A stretch of DNA of 63,367 nt, filler included, from Octopus bimaculoides (lineage: Eukaryota): NCBI RefSeq assembly GCF_001194135.2. It is 4 parts of 4 records of this genome, joined end to end, with 100 filler letters (N's around TTAATTAATTAA, not from the genome) between each part and the next. Parts side by side here need not be neighbours in the genome. Positions count along the whole stretch, not along the records: positions 1 to 27,582 come from NC_068992.1; 3 more parts are not named here. The stretch is one strand, 5' to 3'. A model generated the notes under the pieces. The model was not told the DNA's origin. It saw nothing but the letters and a program-made list of their open reading frames with translations, and searched no databases. Of the stretch, positions 1 through 14,095 are shown in pieces. A program made the position numbers and the translations under genes. How positions within the stretch are numbered: position 1 is the stretch's first letter; every line of letters begins with the position of its first letter.

Positions 1-272
1 TCATTCTGAATAATCTGTGTGTAATTACTATCTTTTATATAAAATAGGTTGTACATAATCATTTTTCTTTTCTAAATAATCTTATGTGTATAATCTAGTT
101 TATCACTTTCTTTATTTTATTGTCACAAATAAGTCAAAATTTGCAAGGTCTCAGCTCTGAAACTCACTGAAAATGTAATATTTAGAAAATAAGTAGTACA
201 ACAGTCTGCACAAATATAGCAAAGCCTTACAATTTAGATTGATTCCTTTATCATATCATATTGGTATTTAAG

Positions 273-380
273 GTCTTCCGTTTGAAGCTGTCACACTTAA
301 GCTTGAACAGAATTCTGTGAAGTTCAATTGTTTGTTGCAAGCCATCATTAATTACGGCAAAACTGATGACTATAGACTCT
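273..380 (+). CDS. Internal coding exon of an unidentified plus-strand gene (108 nt, phase 1-1)
   Basis: AG at 271-272 and a perfect GTAAGT donor at 381. Open frame (G)LPFEAVTLKLEQNSVKFNCLLQAIINYGKTDDYRL. Product not recognised. Confidence 0.55.
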
Positions 381-774
381 GTAAGTATAGAGCAAATGAT
401 CCAGCACACCAAAAGAAGAGCAAAACTCATAACATCATTATTCAATGGATATTATCTTTAACTTAGAATTAGTATAACAATCGGTTGAATTTCAGATGAC
501 AGTGACGATTAGGTTATGACAGTAATTAATGAAATTTGCAATTAAATAAATAAATCTTTATTTGAGATTAACTGTTCTCAAAGCACATCACATGCAGCTA
601 TCAAGAATATTGTGGAAATATTGGTATTTTCTTGACCCAGAAAGGATGAAAGGCCAAGATTATTTTGGTGAAATTGGAACCCAGAATGTAAAGATCAAGA
701 ACAAAAGCCACTAGATATTTTTTCAATTGCTCAAACAATTCTTCCAGTACACTGTCTTTAATAATAATAATAAT

Positions 775-1000
775 AATAATAATGATAATAATGGTTTCCA
801 TTTGTGGCACAAGGCCAGCAATTTTGAGGTGGGATAAGTCGATTACATTGACTCATGCTCCACTGGTACTTATTTTATCAACCCTGAAAAGATTAATGGC
901 AAAGTCAACCTCAGTAGAATTTGAACTCAGAACGTAAAAATCAATGAAATATTACTAAACATTTTACTCAGCACAGAAACAATTCAGCCAGCTCGCTGCC
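775..1000 (-). mobile_element. Deu/Nin-domain tRNA-derived SINE copy (family B)
   Basis: Reverse complement resembles the family core CTTTCATCCTTTCGGGGTCGATAAAATAAGTACCAG and the GGCCTTGTGCC tail with (ATT)n; boundaries approximate. Confidence 0.7.
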
Positions 1001-1105
1001 TTAAATTACGTTAGCTGATTTAGTTCACATGGCATGTGAACCACCAACCTAAAGATAAGGATTACTATGTGCTACCAATTGAGCCACCATGAGAACGCAA
1101 TAATG

Positions 1106-1137
<32 letters not shown>

Positions 1138-3340
1138 CACTACTTTTGAACTCAGCCTAGGATTTTAAAATCTATTTATTATCTAATGTACTTATTGCCG
1201 AGGAAAATCATGGAAAATACCAGTGGTGATGGGTCAGATTTCAAAATATTGTGCTCACAAAAGGAAAATGAATAGCAGTTTGCTAAATTATAGCCTTGTC
1301 TCGTTCACACCAGAATGAAAAAGTATACAATGATAAAGATTATAATAAACCATTGTGATTTTATGTAAATAGATCTCCATTAATGTTTCACAATCATGTT
1401 ACACAAACAAAATATGAAAAAACTAATTAGGAATTTTACATCAACCAATATAATCACTCAGATACCTTTTTTAGATTATTTTCTGCAAAAATGAGTTGAG
1501 GATGCATTAAAATTTAAATAGGGCAATATTTTTTGCAAAAGTAATAGTGTGTGTGTGTGTGTTTCTATTTTTAACAACTAAAGCATAGAACTATAAAGAC
1601 TTTACAAAATGTAAATTTTCAAATAAATTATCATTGATATGGTTTTGTTCTTCTTCTTCTTCTCTAGTTAGATTCCAAATAGCATTTCTTCCTGCATTTT
1701 TTCACAGTGCTTTCTTATGAATAGTAGCATTACTGCACCAATTATTTAAGTGTTTGTGTGTGTACATGTGCATACACATGAGTATGCATGTGTGTGTATG
1801 TGTATATATACAGATGGAGGAATACATGTAGATACCTAATGTAAAATAAGGGGGAATATTATTGTTGTTTAGTTCCAAGTCAACTCTGACTGAGAAAACC
1901 TGTAAGTAAGGATGTTTAAGCCATAATCATCCTGTCATTATGGAGGTGTCTAAGACTATACCATAAAATGTGCCCTTCTCTTTTTTTAAAACAGTAGATT
2001 ATGATCGGGTGGAGATTTGAATGTTTTCTCCAGTATGACCATGTAGAGACTCACTCATCTGCTTAGGCATAGATAAAGAAGCTGCTAAATTTCAAAAATT
2101 AGCATTTACCATTTTAAGTTTCATAGCTTAGCAAGAAATTTCAGAAATCCACTGATATTACAATTCTCTTCCTCAAGGTTGTCACAGAGCTTTGAACCTT
2201 TTATCACAAACTGTCAATTGTTATTTAACCCATTTCAACTCTCAATTATTCTAACAGTGACCAACCTGTGTGAGGTTTTTTATTGTGACACTTTGTCTAG
2301 CACCACAGTTATCACCTTGTGCTCTATTTTTAACCCTTTCACTGGGAAATTCAACTTCATGGTTATTCTAGTAATGACGTTAAATATCTACCAAAAAATA
2401 TAATTGGTATTTTCTGCAAGTCATATTACCTCACTAAATTTGAGACATTTCAGCAGACAAAAAGATTCAAACATGGCATTCTTTAACTAAAAATACATTG
2501 GTAAATGAAACTGCTTCCACTGTTAAGTATAGTGAAATTTTAAGTGGATATACCTAATTCTTGCAGAGTTAAGACAGAGGGAGATTTGGCTGCTATTTTA
2601 AATAACAGCCAAGTAGATGCTCTTTCGTTGGCTCATATATATTTTTATTGTTGTTTAACCCTAATCAAAAGCCAAATGATGAAAACCATTCTATGATCAG
2701 TCTGTGAACTACATTATATTTTTTTAAGATGGGAGTATATAATTTCGTAAAGAATCTAATGCTATTTTCATAGACTGGATGACCATGTTAAAAAACCTGT
2801 TTTACAAATTATTAAACTTTACCCAATTAACCAATCATCTGTATATTTTATTTTTAAAAAAAATACATCTACTAAACGTTCTTATATTACACCATACAGA
2901 ATACAGTTAATAGGTTGTGTAGCATTTTTTTCTTTCTTCTTTTGTTTCCCATGCACAATCTCACCAAAATTCTGAATTGCTTAACAGCTTTTACTCTCAG
3001 AACCCTCTTTAGATAGTCTACCACTTATGGCATTTCTGATTCTGGATGAAATTCTGGATGACATTTTTATCATTTATTTTTTTCCGGGTTTTCTCCCTCT
3101 GATATTTTTAGCTTTTGTCTCTAGAATAGATACACATCTGCTGTTCTTATATTGCTATCACTAATGTGTCTTTATTGCCTTTGTGAAATAAATCTCACTG
3201 TATTATTCAATGTGAGACCCCCACCACTGTTTCTTGTTTCTTATTTTCTTTTGTATCTTACCTGTCAGAACTTCTGGAGTTGGTGACATTTACTAATCCC
3301 CACCAATCAAAATTGATGGCCTTGTGCCTAAATCAGAAAC

Positions 3341-3377
<37 letters not shown>

Positions 3378-3664
3378 GTTATTATTATTATCATTGCTGT
3401 TGTTGTGACCTTGTGCTTACACAAAAGTCATTAATGTTACATTGTTGCTTAACCCCAGGTCAAGCTGTGATCAAGCTGGCTTATAATCAAAGACATCCCA
3501 ACCATGACCATCCTTTCTTTTCTATATATCAAGGACTACAATGTCAAATACTATCCTTCCTTTTAATTTATATATCTTTTTCTTAAATATGGCAGAGTGT
3601 AATCTGAGGGAATATTTGGCTGCTATTTCCAGCAGATTGAGCAACTGCATAGGAAGTTCTCTTG

Positions 3665-4000
3665 TTGGCCATGTATAATAATCAAGGGGGTTGCAGTCTG
3701 GGGAGTTAGGTGGCCAGATGTTAGGAGTGATTTGGTCGCAGAAATTATTTGACAGCCATGACTGGGTTCTCTTGCTTGTGTGGAATGGTGCAGAGTCCTA
3801 TTGGTAGACATAGGGTCTGCCAGCAGCCACCCTCCTGACACAGGGAAGCACTACCTCCTCCAGGCACTTGATGTAGGCCTCCGTGCTGAGTCTGAGGCTG
3901 TGTGGGAAGATGAATGGAGGCATAACGTAGCCATCACTGGTGATCACTCCAAACACCATGATGTTGACTGGATGTTTGATTTTTATCACTCTCAGTACAT
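3665..4000 (-). mobile_element. Tc1/mariner-superfamily DDE transposase remnant
   Basis: HPVNIMVFGVITSDG..PPFIFPH..LEEVVLP..RPYVYQ*DSAPFHTS..WPPNSPDCNPLDYY; in-frame stop. Confidence 0.85.
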
Positions 4001-4399
4001 GTCCTCAGGTTGACACCCAAACACTTTGAATTGTTATTATCTCATATCTGATTAGCCTGTTATTATGTAACAGGCTTCACGATTTTAATATACATGCCTT
4101 ATTATCTTTTCCACTTACAGATTGTATTTGTAATATGTGAATTAGTTGGTTGTTCCCTTTTTCTGAAAACCCAAACTTATCCAGACTGTCAGTTAGACAT
4201 TTACTTACAAAACCAACTGCACTAATTATTATCATTACAAATGTAAATTTGTAATCTGGATATAAAAGCTGGACGTTTTCAAGCAGTCATCCATCATTAT
4301 CCTCTTTCTCTTTTATTTTCATATCAACATCACAGCTAACCTCTGACAACATATATTTTTCCTTGTCTATCCCAAACAACAATATCCAGCCTGTTATGC

Positions 4400-4650
4400 T
4401 TACAGATGTTTTGATGGGAACGTTCCACCAGTATTCTTTGTGTTGATGTTTGTGTACATGTTCAATAATAAGGGGGTTCTCTATATTTATTCCAGGACAG
4501 TCTTTTTTCCGGAATCCATGGTATATTATTTATGTGTTAGGGTCATATCACATAGGATGGTAATACCTTGATGGCGGCATTCTTGTGTAGTTGTTAATCA
4601 CATGTGTAATGTCTTCCATTGAAAAATGACATAATCTGCATGTATTTATT
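4400..4650 (-). mobile_element. Possible Penelope-like element fragment
   Basis: Frameshifted translation resembles the NPPY..N..GGTF..KH segment of Penelope proteins; heavily decayed. Confidence 0.35.
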
Positions 4651-5736
4651 ATTCCAGAGGGTGACAAGTTTAAAATGAAATTATGTCCTGTCACTTAGAG
4701 CAAAGCACTCACAGATAAGTCTGAGAGAGAATAAAATATTTAATCCATAATCATTAGTCCAACAAAATATACGTTGTTTCACCAATGGGTCATGTATGTG
4801 TGTGTGCATGTGTGTATACACATACAACATGTCTGTATATATGTATTATGCTTTTCCTAAATGTTTTAAGCCTTTATGCAGGGCTTAACATGTGCGAAAA
4901 AGTCTTTGGTAAATAAAGAAATATTTGATAAAACAGAACCTTATAACAATAGTGCTGTGAAGAATAGAAGAGTCAATTATGAGAGTAACTTTATTCCAAT
5001 GCAATAAGATATAACATTACACAGCTTAATTTGCTTTTCCCTGTGTCAAAATTAATACAGTTAAAATTGTTCAGGGCTCATTGGATTCAATCACATTTAC
5101 TGAAAATAATCCATTTACACATGCAAAAATATTTTTTTAAATTATATCCATAAGACATAACTGTAATAAGGTAATCATCTATTTAGGTAAAGTAAATTTA
5201 ATTAATGTAGACAATGACATACAGTCTATTATATAAGGGGGATTGAGGGAAATTTCAAAAGATACTACTATGACCACAAACTTTTTATTGAAGTTATCAT
5301 GGGAAAATATAAGTTAATAGACAATACAACTAATAATTTTAACATCGTTTGGGGTATACTAAACCAAAATGATTATTTAAAAAATAGTTTTGAAAACTTT
5401 AATAAATGTCAACATCAAAAGATTTCTTCTAGCTATTGTAATTGAATGAGAAAATTAAATTAACATATAATATAATCAGATTTTCACATTGCAGGTTTTC
5501 CCTTCTAAACTCTTCCAGATCAACAGAAATTAATAAATCGCCTCTATCAGGACTACCACACTTCGTCAACAACTTCCCATTTTATTTTCCACTCATCGGA
5601 AAATAAGTGTGTGTGTGTGTGTGTATGTTATTTGCTTTAATTGGACCTTCTTATTCAATTACAGCATGGAACGCTGTAATTGAATAAGAAGACATAAAAA
5701 TGATGATGATAATGGTATACATTTATAAAAAGTTCA

Positions 5737-5788
<52 letters not shown>

Positions 5789-6158
5789 GATGACCATATG
5801 CGTAGATAATTTTGTGTGTTGTGTAGAGAAAAGGGATCTGAAGTTTCAAGGTTGTCCCTTTACAATGTTTTCCTCTCTTCTCCACGGCATGTAAACTAAT
5901 CCAAAGTCACAAACTTTTCATTATAACTTTCACTGATGCCAATTCTGATTTTCTTAGATGCTGTTATATACCTTTAAAAAATACGCACGTGTAAGTGTGT
6001 GTGTTTGAATAAACAATGAAGAGGAAGCACCACTTGTCACAGAAGTTGTGTGTATATGTGTATGTGTGTGTGTCAGTCTATGTATTCTGTGTGTGTGTGT
6101 GTGTCTGTCTGTATGTTGTGTGTGTGTATCAATGTATGTTGTCCATATATGTACACTT

Positions 6159-6195
<37 letters not shown>

Positions 6196-6244
6196 TATAT
6201 AAGCCTGTCTCTACTGATATTTTTTTATTCACATGCCCAATCAG

Positions 6245-6430
6245 ATACTGGTTTCAAATTTTGACACAGGGCCAGCAGGTTTGGGGGGAGGAACTCAGTT
6301 GGTTAAATCAACCCCAGTGTCCAACTGGTACTTATTTTATCAACCTTAAAATTTAAGAAGCAAAGATGACCTGGCAGAATTTAGAATGTAAAGATGAATA
6401 ACCACTGTGCTAACAATTCTGTCAGCTTGC
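6245..6430 (-). mobile_element. Deu/Nin-domain SINE copy (family B)
   Basis: Same core and tail as the 775-1000 copy. Confidence 0.65.
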
Positions 6431-6742
6431 CACCATATGCCCAACCAGATACTAACAGCACTCTGTCATAGATAAAAAGCAAAGATATACTCGCAATTCC
6501 AGAGAAAGCCTTTGCTCAAATCATAACCATCTGATTAATGCTTACTTTAGCATGAAACTTGAAGTAATGAAAAACTAGTCATATTTACTTTATAATAATG
6601 ATAATTAAAATGATAGTATATACAAACATATATATATACATACACACATAATTTTTTTTTTTTTTTTTTTTTTTTTNNNNNNNNNNNNNNNNNNNNNNNN
6701 NNNNNNNNNNNNNNNNNNNNNNNNNNNNNNNNNNNNNNNNNN

Positions 6743-6773
<31 letters not shown>

Positions 6774-7227
6774 GATATATGGTGCATATTATATATGAAA
6801 ATCATCATCCATTACCATTTCACGTATGCCTATTTTCCATAAAGACATGGGTTGAATGAGTTGCTACAGTCTGAGTCAGCTTCTGTTCAGAATTACTGCT
6901 TTTCTAGAAAAATTGTGGCACTACATTCATACATCTTATATGGCATGGTTTCATTGGCTGGATGCTTGTCTTAACACCTACTACTTTACAGGGAATGCTG
7001 GGTGCATTTCATTGTAGCACCAGCACAAGTGTAATCGTCATGTCCTCTATACAACTAAAGGGTCTTCTCTGCTCTTTGTTGTTTGCCAGCCACTTTACAG
7101 GGTGGATGCATTCTAATCCTGGCACCAGCACTATACGAGTTGCATTCAAAACCTAATGCTGCATGGGCAAAATCCTTTGGGCGGAAGGTGATACAACCCT
7201 TCCTGTGCAGGCATGAAAATTTTCACA

Positions 7228-7697
7228 CTGTTAGACCACATCAGTCACTAGCTGTTCTGCCTAGACATGTAGTGTGTGCTTGTCAGATTTTTGCTTTCAT
7301 GCAAGATGGCCAAATGCATCGAGCAGCGATATTGCATCAAGTTTTGCCAAAAGCTTGGTGATACTCAAGCTCAAGCCCTCCAGAAGATTCAGCATGTCTT
7401 TGGGCAATGATGCCATGGGCAAAACTCAGTTCCAGGAATGGTACCACCACTTCCAGCATGGTCACACCTCAGTGGAGAGTGAGGTGCACCCAAATTGGCT
7501 ATCCACAAGTAGAAACAAGGAACTAATTGAGAAGGTTTGGCAAATAGTTATGGAAGACTATCATGTAACGATCACAGAAATTACTCACAAAATGGAAATA
7601 AACACAGGATCAGTGCATTCCATTTTAATTGAGGATTTGTGCATGCAGAGAGTGTCAGCAGAATAATAAAGTTGGATAGTTTTTGAACATATACCGT
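7228..7697 (+). mobile_element. Internally deleted mariner: transposase N-terminal HTH followed directly by a TIR-like end
   Basis: IEQRYCIKFCQKLGDTQAQALQKIQHV then, after a frameshift, GNDAMGKTQ..EW..F..G.TSVES..GSVHSIL.EDLCMQRVSA. Followed by AAGTTGGATAGTTTTTGAACA, resembling a mariner 3' TIR. Confidence 0.8.
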
Positions 7698-8329
7698 TGA
7701 GGTTGTTTTGTTTCCAGCAAGGCCAAAGAGCCTTCTCTATTCCCTGTTACTGCTATTCATTCAAGACAAATGCAACAGAGACGATGACAAAATAGTAATT
7801 GTATGAATGTGATTTGTTAGACAGAGCAAACAGAGCAGTAAGGGATGAAAGAGGAGTACTGGAAATGGAAGAAAGAAATAGAAATCAACGATGAATAGAA
7901 TGAATTGTCAACAAAAAATGAAGTAATATGATGTGAAGGTGTAATGTGTGTATGAGAGAGAGAGAGTGAATGATGACAATAAAGATGGGTGATGGCACAA
8001 CAGAGTGGTGGGTTTTATTGAAGGGGGGATAGGAGAGAATGATAACTGACTTCTCTCTGTTACACAGTTGTCATAATGGCAGAGAGAGAGAGTGATTGTA
8101 CAGAAGACTGCATACAAACAGGTAGAACACCCTACCTTTTTGCACGAGTAAGGCAATGCAATGAATAAGCAAGAGAATGAGTGATACTTGAGAGAGTAAT
8201 GAAAAAGGCTGCAGATAGAGAGTTATAAGGATATAATCTAATGAAAGAGAAACCCAAGTTTAGATATATTATTATACAGCCCAACAGCCATTACGGCCAC
8301 CATTTTGATAACTGTTTTCCTGTGCTTTA

Positions 8330-9535
8330 CCCATATTGGTGGATCATCACTAGTACCATGTGTTACCACTTATTGTGGTTCTTTGTCAACCCTTTTGTGA
8401 GGTTCAGCATCTTGAGATTATACTTTACCACTTTGTTCAAAGTCGTCTTAGGTCTACTTTCATAAGTTTCATCGACTCCAAACACTCGGCTCTTTTTAAT
8501 ATAACTGACATTCTTCATACACATCAAATGTCCATTATAGCGCAATCTTCTGTCTTGCATACAACATCTGATGCCTCTTATATTCAGCTTTACTTTGCCT
8601 TAATTTGCTTCCTCGTTTATGCACACTAATACTACACATCCAGCAGAGCATGCTTGCTTCATTGCTTTCTAGCTATCACAAATCTTTCACATTTAAGGCC
8701 CTCGTCTTGCTATCATGCAGCATCACAGTTTGTACACCAGCAGCCTACAATCCTCTCTTTACTCTGAGAGAAACTCTTTATTACCAGCAGAGGTAAATAA
8801 AGCTCTCTGAACTCTTCCTCTTTCTTCTTAACTTAGCTACTAAACTTTTGCTAAACCCACTTCTGCTACTAAGTACATCACCTTGGCAACAAAAAACCAA
8901 TCAACTATTTCTAAGAAACTTACTAAACATTTGAAATAATTTATTTCATGTATTTTCTTACTGCTAACATCTCATGTGCATCTGATGCAAATGAATCCTT
9001 CTTCTCTGTCAGCTCTCTAAATCCCACTGTATATCTTGTGCTTCCATATTTTATGCTGGTAACATCATACAGAATTTCTACCTGTTCATTGAGTATGGCC
9101 ATTTCCTTGATGGTTGCAAGATCTTGTCTTCTTTATTACTCATTAAAACTTGTATCTTTGCTACATTTACTTCAATCCAAAGTTTTGCTTCCATATTTGG
9201 ATTTTTTTTCCTAAATCCATTATGAATTCAGTTATAAAACTCAGATCATCAGCAAACAGGAATTCCAACAAACAGCCAGTTTGAAACTTATCTGTTATAG
9301 CTTAGAGAACTTCCATGAACAGAAGACAGATAGCTATACTCTGATAGACCCCTACCTGATGCTAAATTCATTGCTCACCCCTTGTTAAGTGCACTGGTGG
9401 ACATGGTTTGTATAGCCCTCACAAGCCAGCTATTTATCCCCAGTTTTCTTAGTGACCACAATACAAGAGAATCTGATGCCCTGTCAAGGTTCTCAATTCA
9501 GCGAATGCTAGACATACAGGATTAAGGATTACTCC
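8330..9535 (-). mobile_element. RTE-clade LINE 3' fragment (RT/C-terminal), decayed
   Basis: MQDRRLRYNGHLMCM..SYIKK..RPKTTLNKVVK.NLKMLNLTK resembles the RTE C-terminal RRLRWYGHV..RP.KTW.EVV motif. Confidence 0.7.
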
Positions 9536-9555
9536 AAGTTGTGCACTTTCCTTTC

Positions 9556-9641
<86 letters not shown>

Positions 9642-9680
9642 CCCTCTTCTCTCCCTCTCTCCCTCTCCCCCCTCTCTCTC
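9556..9680. repeat. (TC)n microsatellite
   Basis: Directly visible. Confidence 0.95.
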
Positions 9681-9949
9681 TGGTGGGCTGTATCTAATTT
9701 GGGCTCATTCTGTTCAATCAATTTGAAACCTCTGTATTTACCTAATATATGTGTGTGTGAAGGTGTATTATATATGCATTATTGATTTATATGTGTGCAT
9801 GTATGTACCTGTATGTGTTTATGTATGTATGTGTATTGTACCATTTTATCATAAAAAAGTGCCCTTCACAACAAAGTAGTTCCCAATAGTGGTTTGCAAT
9901 CTGGAGACTGAGCTTTCCGGTTCTCTAGTGTGTACTTACCCATGAGAGA

Positions 9950-10540
9950 GCATCTTGTGAAAATTTTGATATTTGGAATTCAGGATCTTTAGGATCTTCA
10001 AGGTGTTTTAGAATATGTGCCCTTTCAGTCAAACAAATTTGCATGTCTTGCTTCCATTAATATATGCTTTGGGCTTCTTGAGAACTCTCTATTCAATGTT
10101 ATATTTGATTTTAGTGACTACATTCAGGAAACTCTTAGATTTTCTAGACAAATATTTCTCAGTACAACACCATAATAATAAAATCTTTAAGTGATGAACA
10201 GTGAAAGTCAGTGACTAATGTTCTCCAAACATGAAGTCATTAACAACATTTTAAACCATATTTATTCTTGACCAAGGATGTTGATGTAGAAAGAAAGATA
10301 AATACTTTCTATTGACCAAGCATGCAACATTTCATCAGTTGCTTATGAGTCACCCTGACAGTGTGGAATCAGATAGCAGGGGGACAAGCATTATGTCAAT
10401 GTGGCTCAATTTAAATATCTGTTCTACAACTGATTATCATTGTCCAGTCATCCAGGTAAAAAGATAATCGTGACATTGGCAGACCATATAAGAGAACATT
10501 TCAGCAAACCAAGATCAATGGGAAGGTTATGATAGTTGGG
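9950..10540 (+). mobile_element. Possible hAT transposase remnant
   Basis: Frameshifted pieces DSRG and PGKKII..DHIR loosely resemble hAT WLSRG and LQGK..KIRAF motifs; weak. Confidence 0.3.
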
Positions 10541-11589
10541 TATGGGGTAGGTTTAAATTAACATTAAAATAACTCAAATTGATATTTTAATTTTAATTTA
10601 TACCATCCTAAAGTCTGAAGTGAAAATAGTTTGGGTAAAAATAGAAATACACAAAGAAATTTAAGACAGATCGCTATGATGGTATGCTTAATACAGATAT
10701 ATATATATTCCAGTCACAGCTTATACTTATGCTGTATTTTTAATCAATTGGGTCTTTTCCTCCTCAGTACTTTTACTGATTTTTAATTACATTTTCAATC
10801 ACCTTTCTGAGGCTGATTATAATCAGATAACTATCTGATGTATTTACAACTTGAAATTATTAGACATTACTAATCTTTACTTAATTTTACAGGTACCTGT
10901 TCTCTCTTACTTTTTTTTTTTTTTTTTTTTTTGCAACTCTCCCCTTTTGTATTCCTCATGCTTTACTAATTGTTTATTTGTTTCCATAGGTATTTTCATC
11001 ATTATTATATGTCTTTTTTCATTTTATAGTTTATCTCAAATATCTTGCTACCACACATAAAATGCAAAACCACTAGACCAGTGTTTCTCAAGGTGGGCTA
11101 TGACAGTAATTTTTAAGGCTGGGGTTACTTCAGAATAAGATGTGTATAACAGAATAAAACTTGCAATAAATCTTTAATTAAAATTTTATATGAATATCAT
11201 ATATTACGTACTATTTTTATTTATTCATGGTGAGCACATTTTTTTTTTATTATTTTCTTTTTCTTTTTTTACATTTAAGGTCAGGTGTGAGACAGAAAAA
11301 GTTGAGAAACACTGCATTAGACACTGCTAGTCTTTTATTTATACATCCTTGGTACCATTCTTCTATAACTTGCACAACCCATTGACTATTTTGCTTTGTT
11401 TTGTCAGTTTTCACTTTCACCATTTTAATTTGTACCCTAATTTCCAGTATATATTTAACCCTAGGTTTACTTATGTTTTCTATATTATTCACTTTTATTT
11501 ATTTATTATTTGCATTTACTTATCTTCTTCATTAGTTCTTTGTTATTTTTTTTTTCTAAGATTTTGGGAGCATGTGCATGTCAATCTTG

Positions 11590-11900
11590 ATGTTTAACCA
11601 TTCCAGATAGTATATTATAGTTTGGGGTGGGACTGAACTCAATGCTCCAATGATAAATGGTACCATCTTCACATTTGCTGTTGGACATTCCCAAATTCGT
11701 TGATACCTCTACTTTTAAATCAGTATATTTCTGAGACTTTTTCTACTTCCATAACTGTAAAGTTTTTTGCCTGAAGGAATTCTAATGCCTAATACAAAGC
11801 ATACTCCATTTATGTCTTGTGTAATATACATCAGTGCTTCATTCTACTGTCTGTATGGATGTCAAAATCCCATGAAAGTTTTGATTTACTAAGTTCATTT
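11590..11900 (-). mobile_element. R4/Dong-like non-LTR element, restriction-like endonuclease fragment
   Basis: WDFDIHTD..EVEK..KY.DLKVEV..MVPFIIGALSSVP across frameshifts. Confidence 0.65.
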
Positions 11901-12564
11901 AAAGGTTTTTTTTCTAGTACATGATTGTACCATTTGTTTGTAGTGATGTTTTTCACAAAATAACCAATGTAAATTAAGACAAACCTTAACATGATATCAC
12001 TTATATTTTTTCCGAGTTAACATTTTGAAGCCTGCTACATGTTCAGTATTTTCCACTCGTTAATTACATAGGTGGCATTTGTTTGTTAAAGTGGTGGAAT
12101 AAATAGCCTTGCTCACTGTGCTTGATTTTGTGCAGTCATACACAAACACAGTTCCTCTTCTCAGACCTCACTCTAAAGTCATAATTTGTCATATTTTTGG
12201 TGTCTCTGTGGAATCATCCATGTAACTACATTTCCTCAGACATTTTCTTCCTTTCAGAAATTATCTTGCTTTGGTATGCTTTTTTCTGTTCAAACCCAGA
12301 ACCATGTGGTTCATAAGCAAGCTATTTACCACACAGCCACTCCTACGCCTATATGTATAGATATAACTTAACTTTGATAGGTTTCAGCCAGTTTAGACCC
12401 AGGCCATGTCTAACTCAACAGCGCCATCTAGTGAAGTCATTTAGTCATTTATGGGGCACCGTGGCCCACTCTAGCAAAGTTATTATTGTTGGTGACATAT
12501 CCTGGTGTAAGAGGTTGGTCCAGGTTATTTTGAAGAAATTTGTCCATATATATACACACATATG

Positions 12565-12623
<59 letters not shown>

Positions 12624-13277
12624 GTATATATGTATGTGTATATATATATGTGTGTGTATGTATATACATATATATATGTATATATATATATACACACACA
12701 CACATGTAGGCAAGCAGATAGATGTTTGTGTTTGAGAGAGAGAATATCATATATTTGTTTGTTTGGGTTTTGCTGCTTTGTTTCAATTGCCTTGTTGGCT
12801 CTGTGGTGCATCTATTAAAACTGTTTCTACTTCTACTCTTGTATTCCTCAACTGACTTACTTGATTATATCTCGTTTATTTCTTTTTTACTGTCTTCTTC
12901 CACCAAAATTTTCTATCCCCAAAGTCTGTAGCAATTTATTTCTCTTTCCGAAAACATGTACACTTCCTCATTTGTTCTAAGTATGACATTTTTAAATACT
13001 TGTTCTTGTTGTGAATATATGAATCAAATTGGCCTATAACATAATTTTTTTCACTTCTAATTTAACTATTCTTTCCCATAAACATGTTTTTTTGCCACTC
13101 TAAAACTTCTCTAGATTTTTAATGGATCACCAAGGCTTCTTTGAGTTTCCTAAAATATCCTACCTTAATGTTAGCCAACAATCTTTTGAATAAGTTCTTT
13201 TCTACAAACTTTTTCCAAAATTTCTTCTTTTTTTTTCCATTTGTCAGGTTTTTCACTTTTTTTTTCAGTATATAGAT

Positions 13278-13548
13278 GCAAGCGTGGCTGTGTGGTAAGA
13301 AGCTTGCTTCCCAACCTCATGGTTCCAGGTTCAGTCCCACTGCATGTTACCTTGGGCAAGTGTCTTCTACTGCAGCCTCAGGCTAATCAATGTGATTGGA
13401 TTTTGTTGATGGAAATTGAAAGAAGCCCATTGTGTGTGTGTGTGTATCTGTGTGTTTGTTCCCCACCTTAACAACTGATGTTGGTGTGTTTACGTCCCTG
13501 TAACCTAGCAGTTCAGCAAAAGGAACTGATAGAATAAGTGCCAGACTT
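13278..13548 (+). mobile_element. tRNA-derived SINE (family A) with internal (TG)n
   Basis: A-box TGGCTGTGTGG, B-box GGTTCAGTCCC, CCTTGGGCAAGTGTCTTCT body, microsatellite, partial tail. Confidence 0.85.
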
Positions 13549-13967
13549 TAAAAATATATCTTCTCAACTAGTTTTTCTAAATATTTCTATAGTTTGCTTC
13601 TGTATGAGACATTCAAATTTTTGCCAGTCTTTCATCTCTGATAGATATTAAACAGTAATTTTATCCCCTAAATATGGACCTTTAATTGACCATAGATTTA
13701 AACTAGATCACTCACCCAACTCAATTCATCTCCAACTCTTACACTGCTGCCTTTTCTTCTTAATTTTTAAAAAGTTTTCAATGTTTCTTTTCTTTCTCTC
13801 TCCATCTTTAAATAGTTGCAGAGCAAGTTTGGGCACATCACTTAGGATTTTTGCCTTTGACATTTGATACCTTACTGAAAATATTATTCTAGTTACTATG
13901 ATGGTATCATATCTGATCTCAAATACTTCATCAACAAATTAACCAAAGATATCAAAGACACAGAACT

Positions 13968-14095
13968 GTGAATAAATATTCATCAAACAAAATATATATT
14001 GATCAGGCAAAATAAACATTGATTAGACAAAATTAGAATTGATCAAGTGAAATAAATATTGATCAGGCAAAATAAGCAATGGTCAGACAAAATCT
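13968..14095. repeat. Degenerate 20-bp tandem repeat (AAATAAATATTGATCAGGCA-like, about 6 copies)
   Basis: Visible periodicity of ATTGATCAGGCAAAATA variants. Confidence 0.75.

Noticed and set aside
3256-3270. Strong minus-strand donor CAG/GTAAGA (also GG/GTAAGT near 9934)
   Set aside because: No matching acceptor with a supported open frame; adjacent to repeats.
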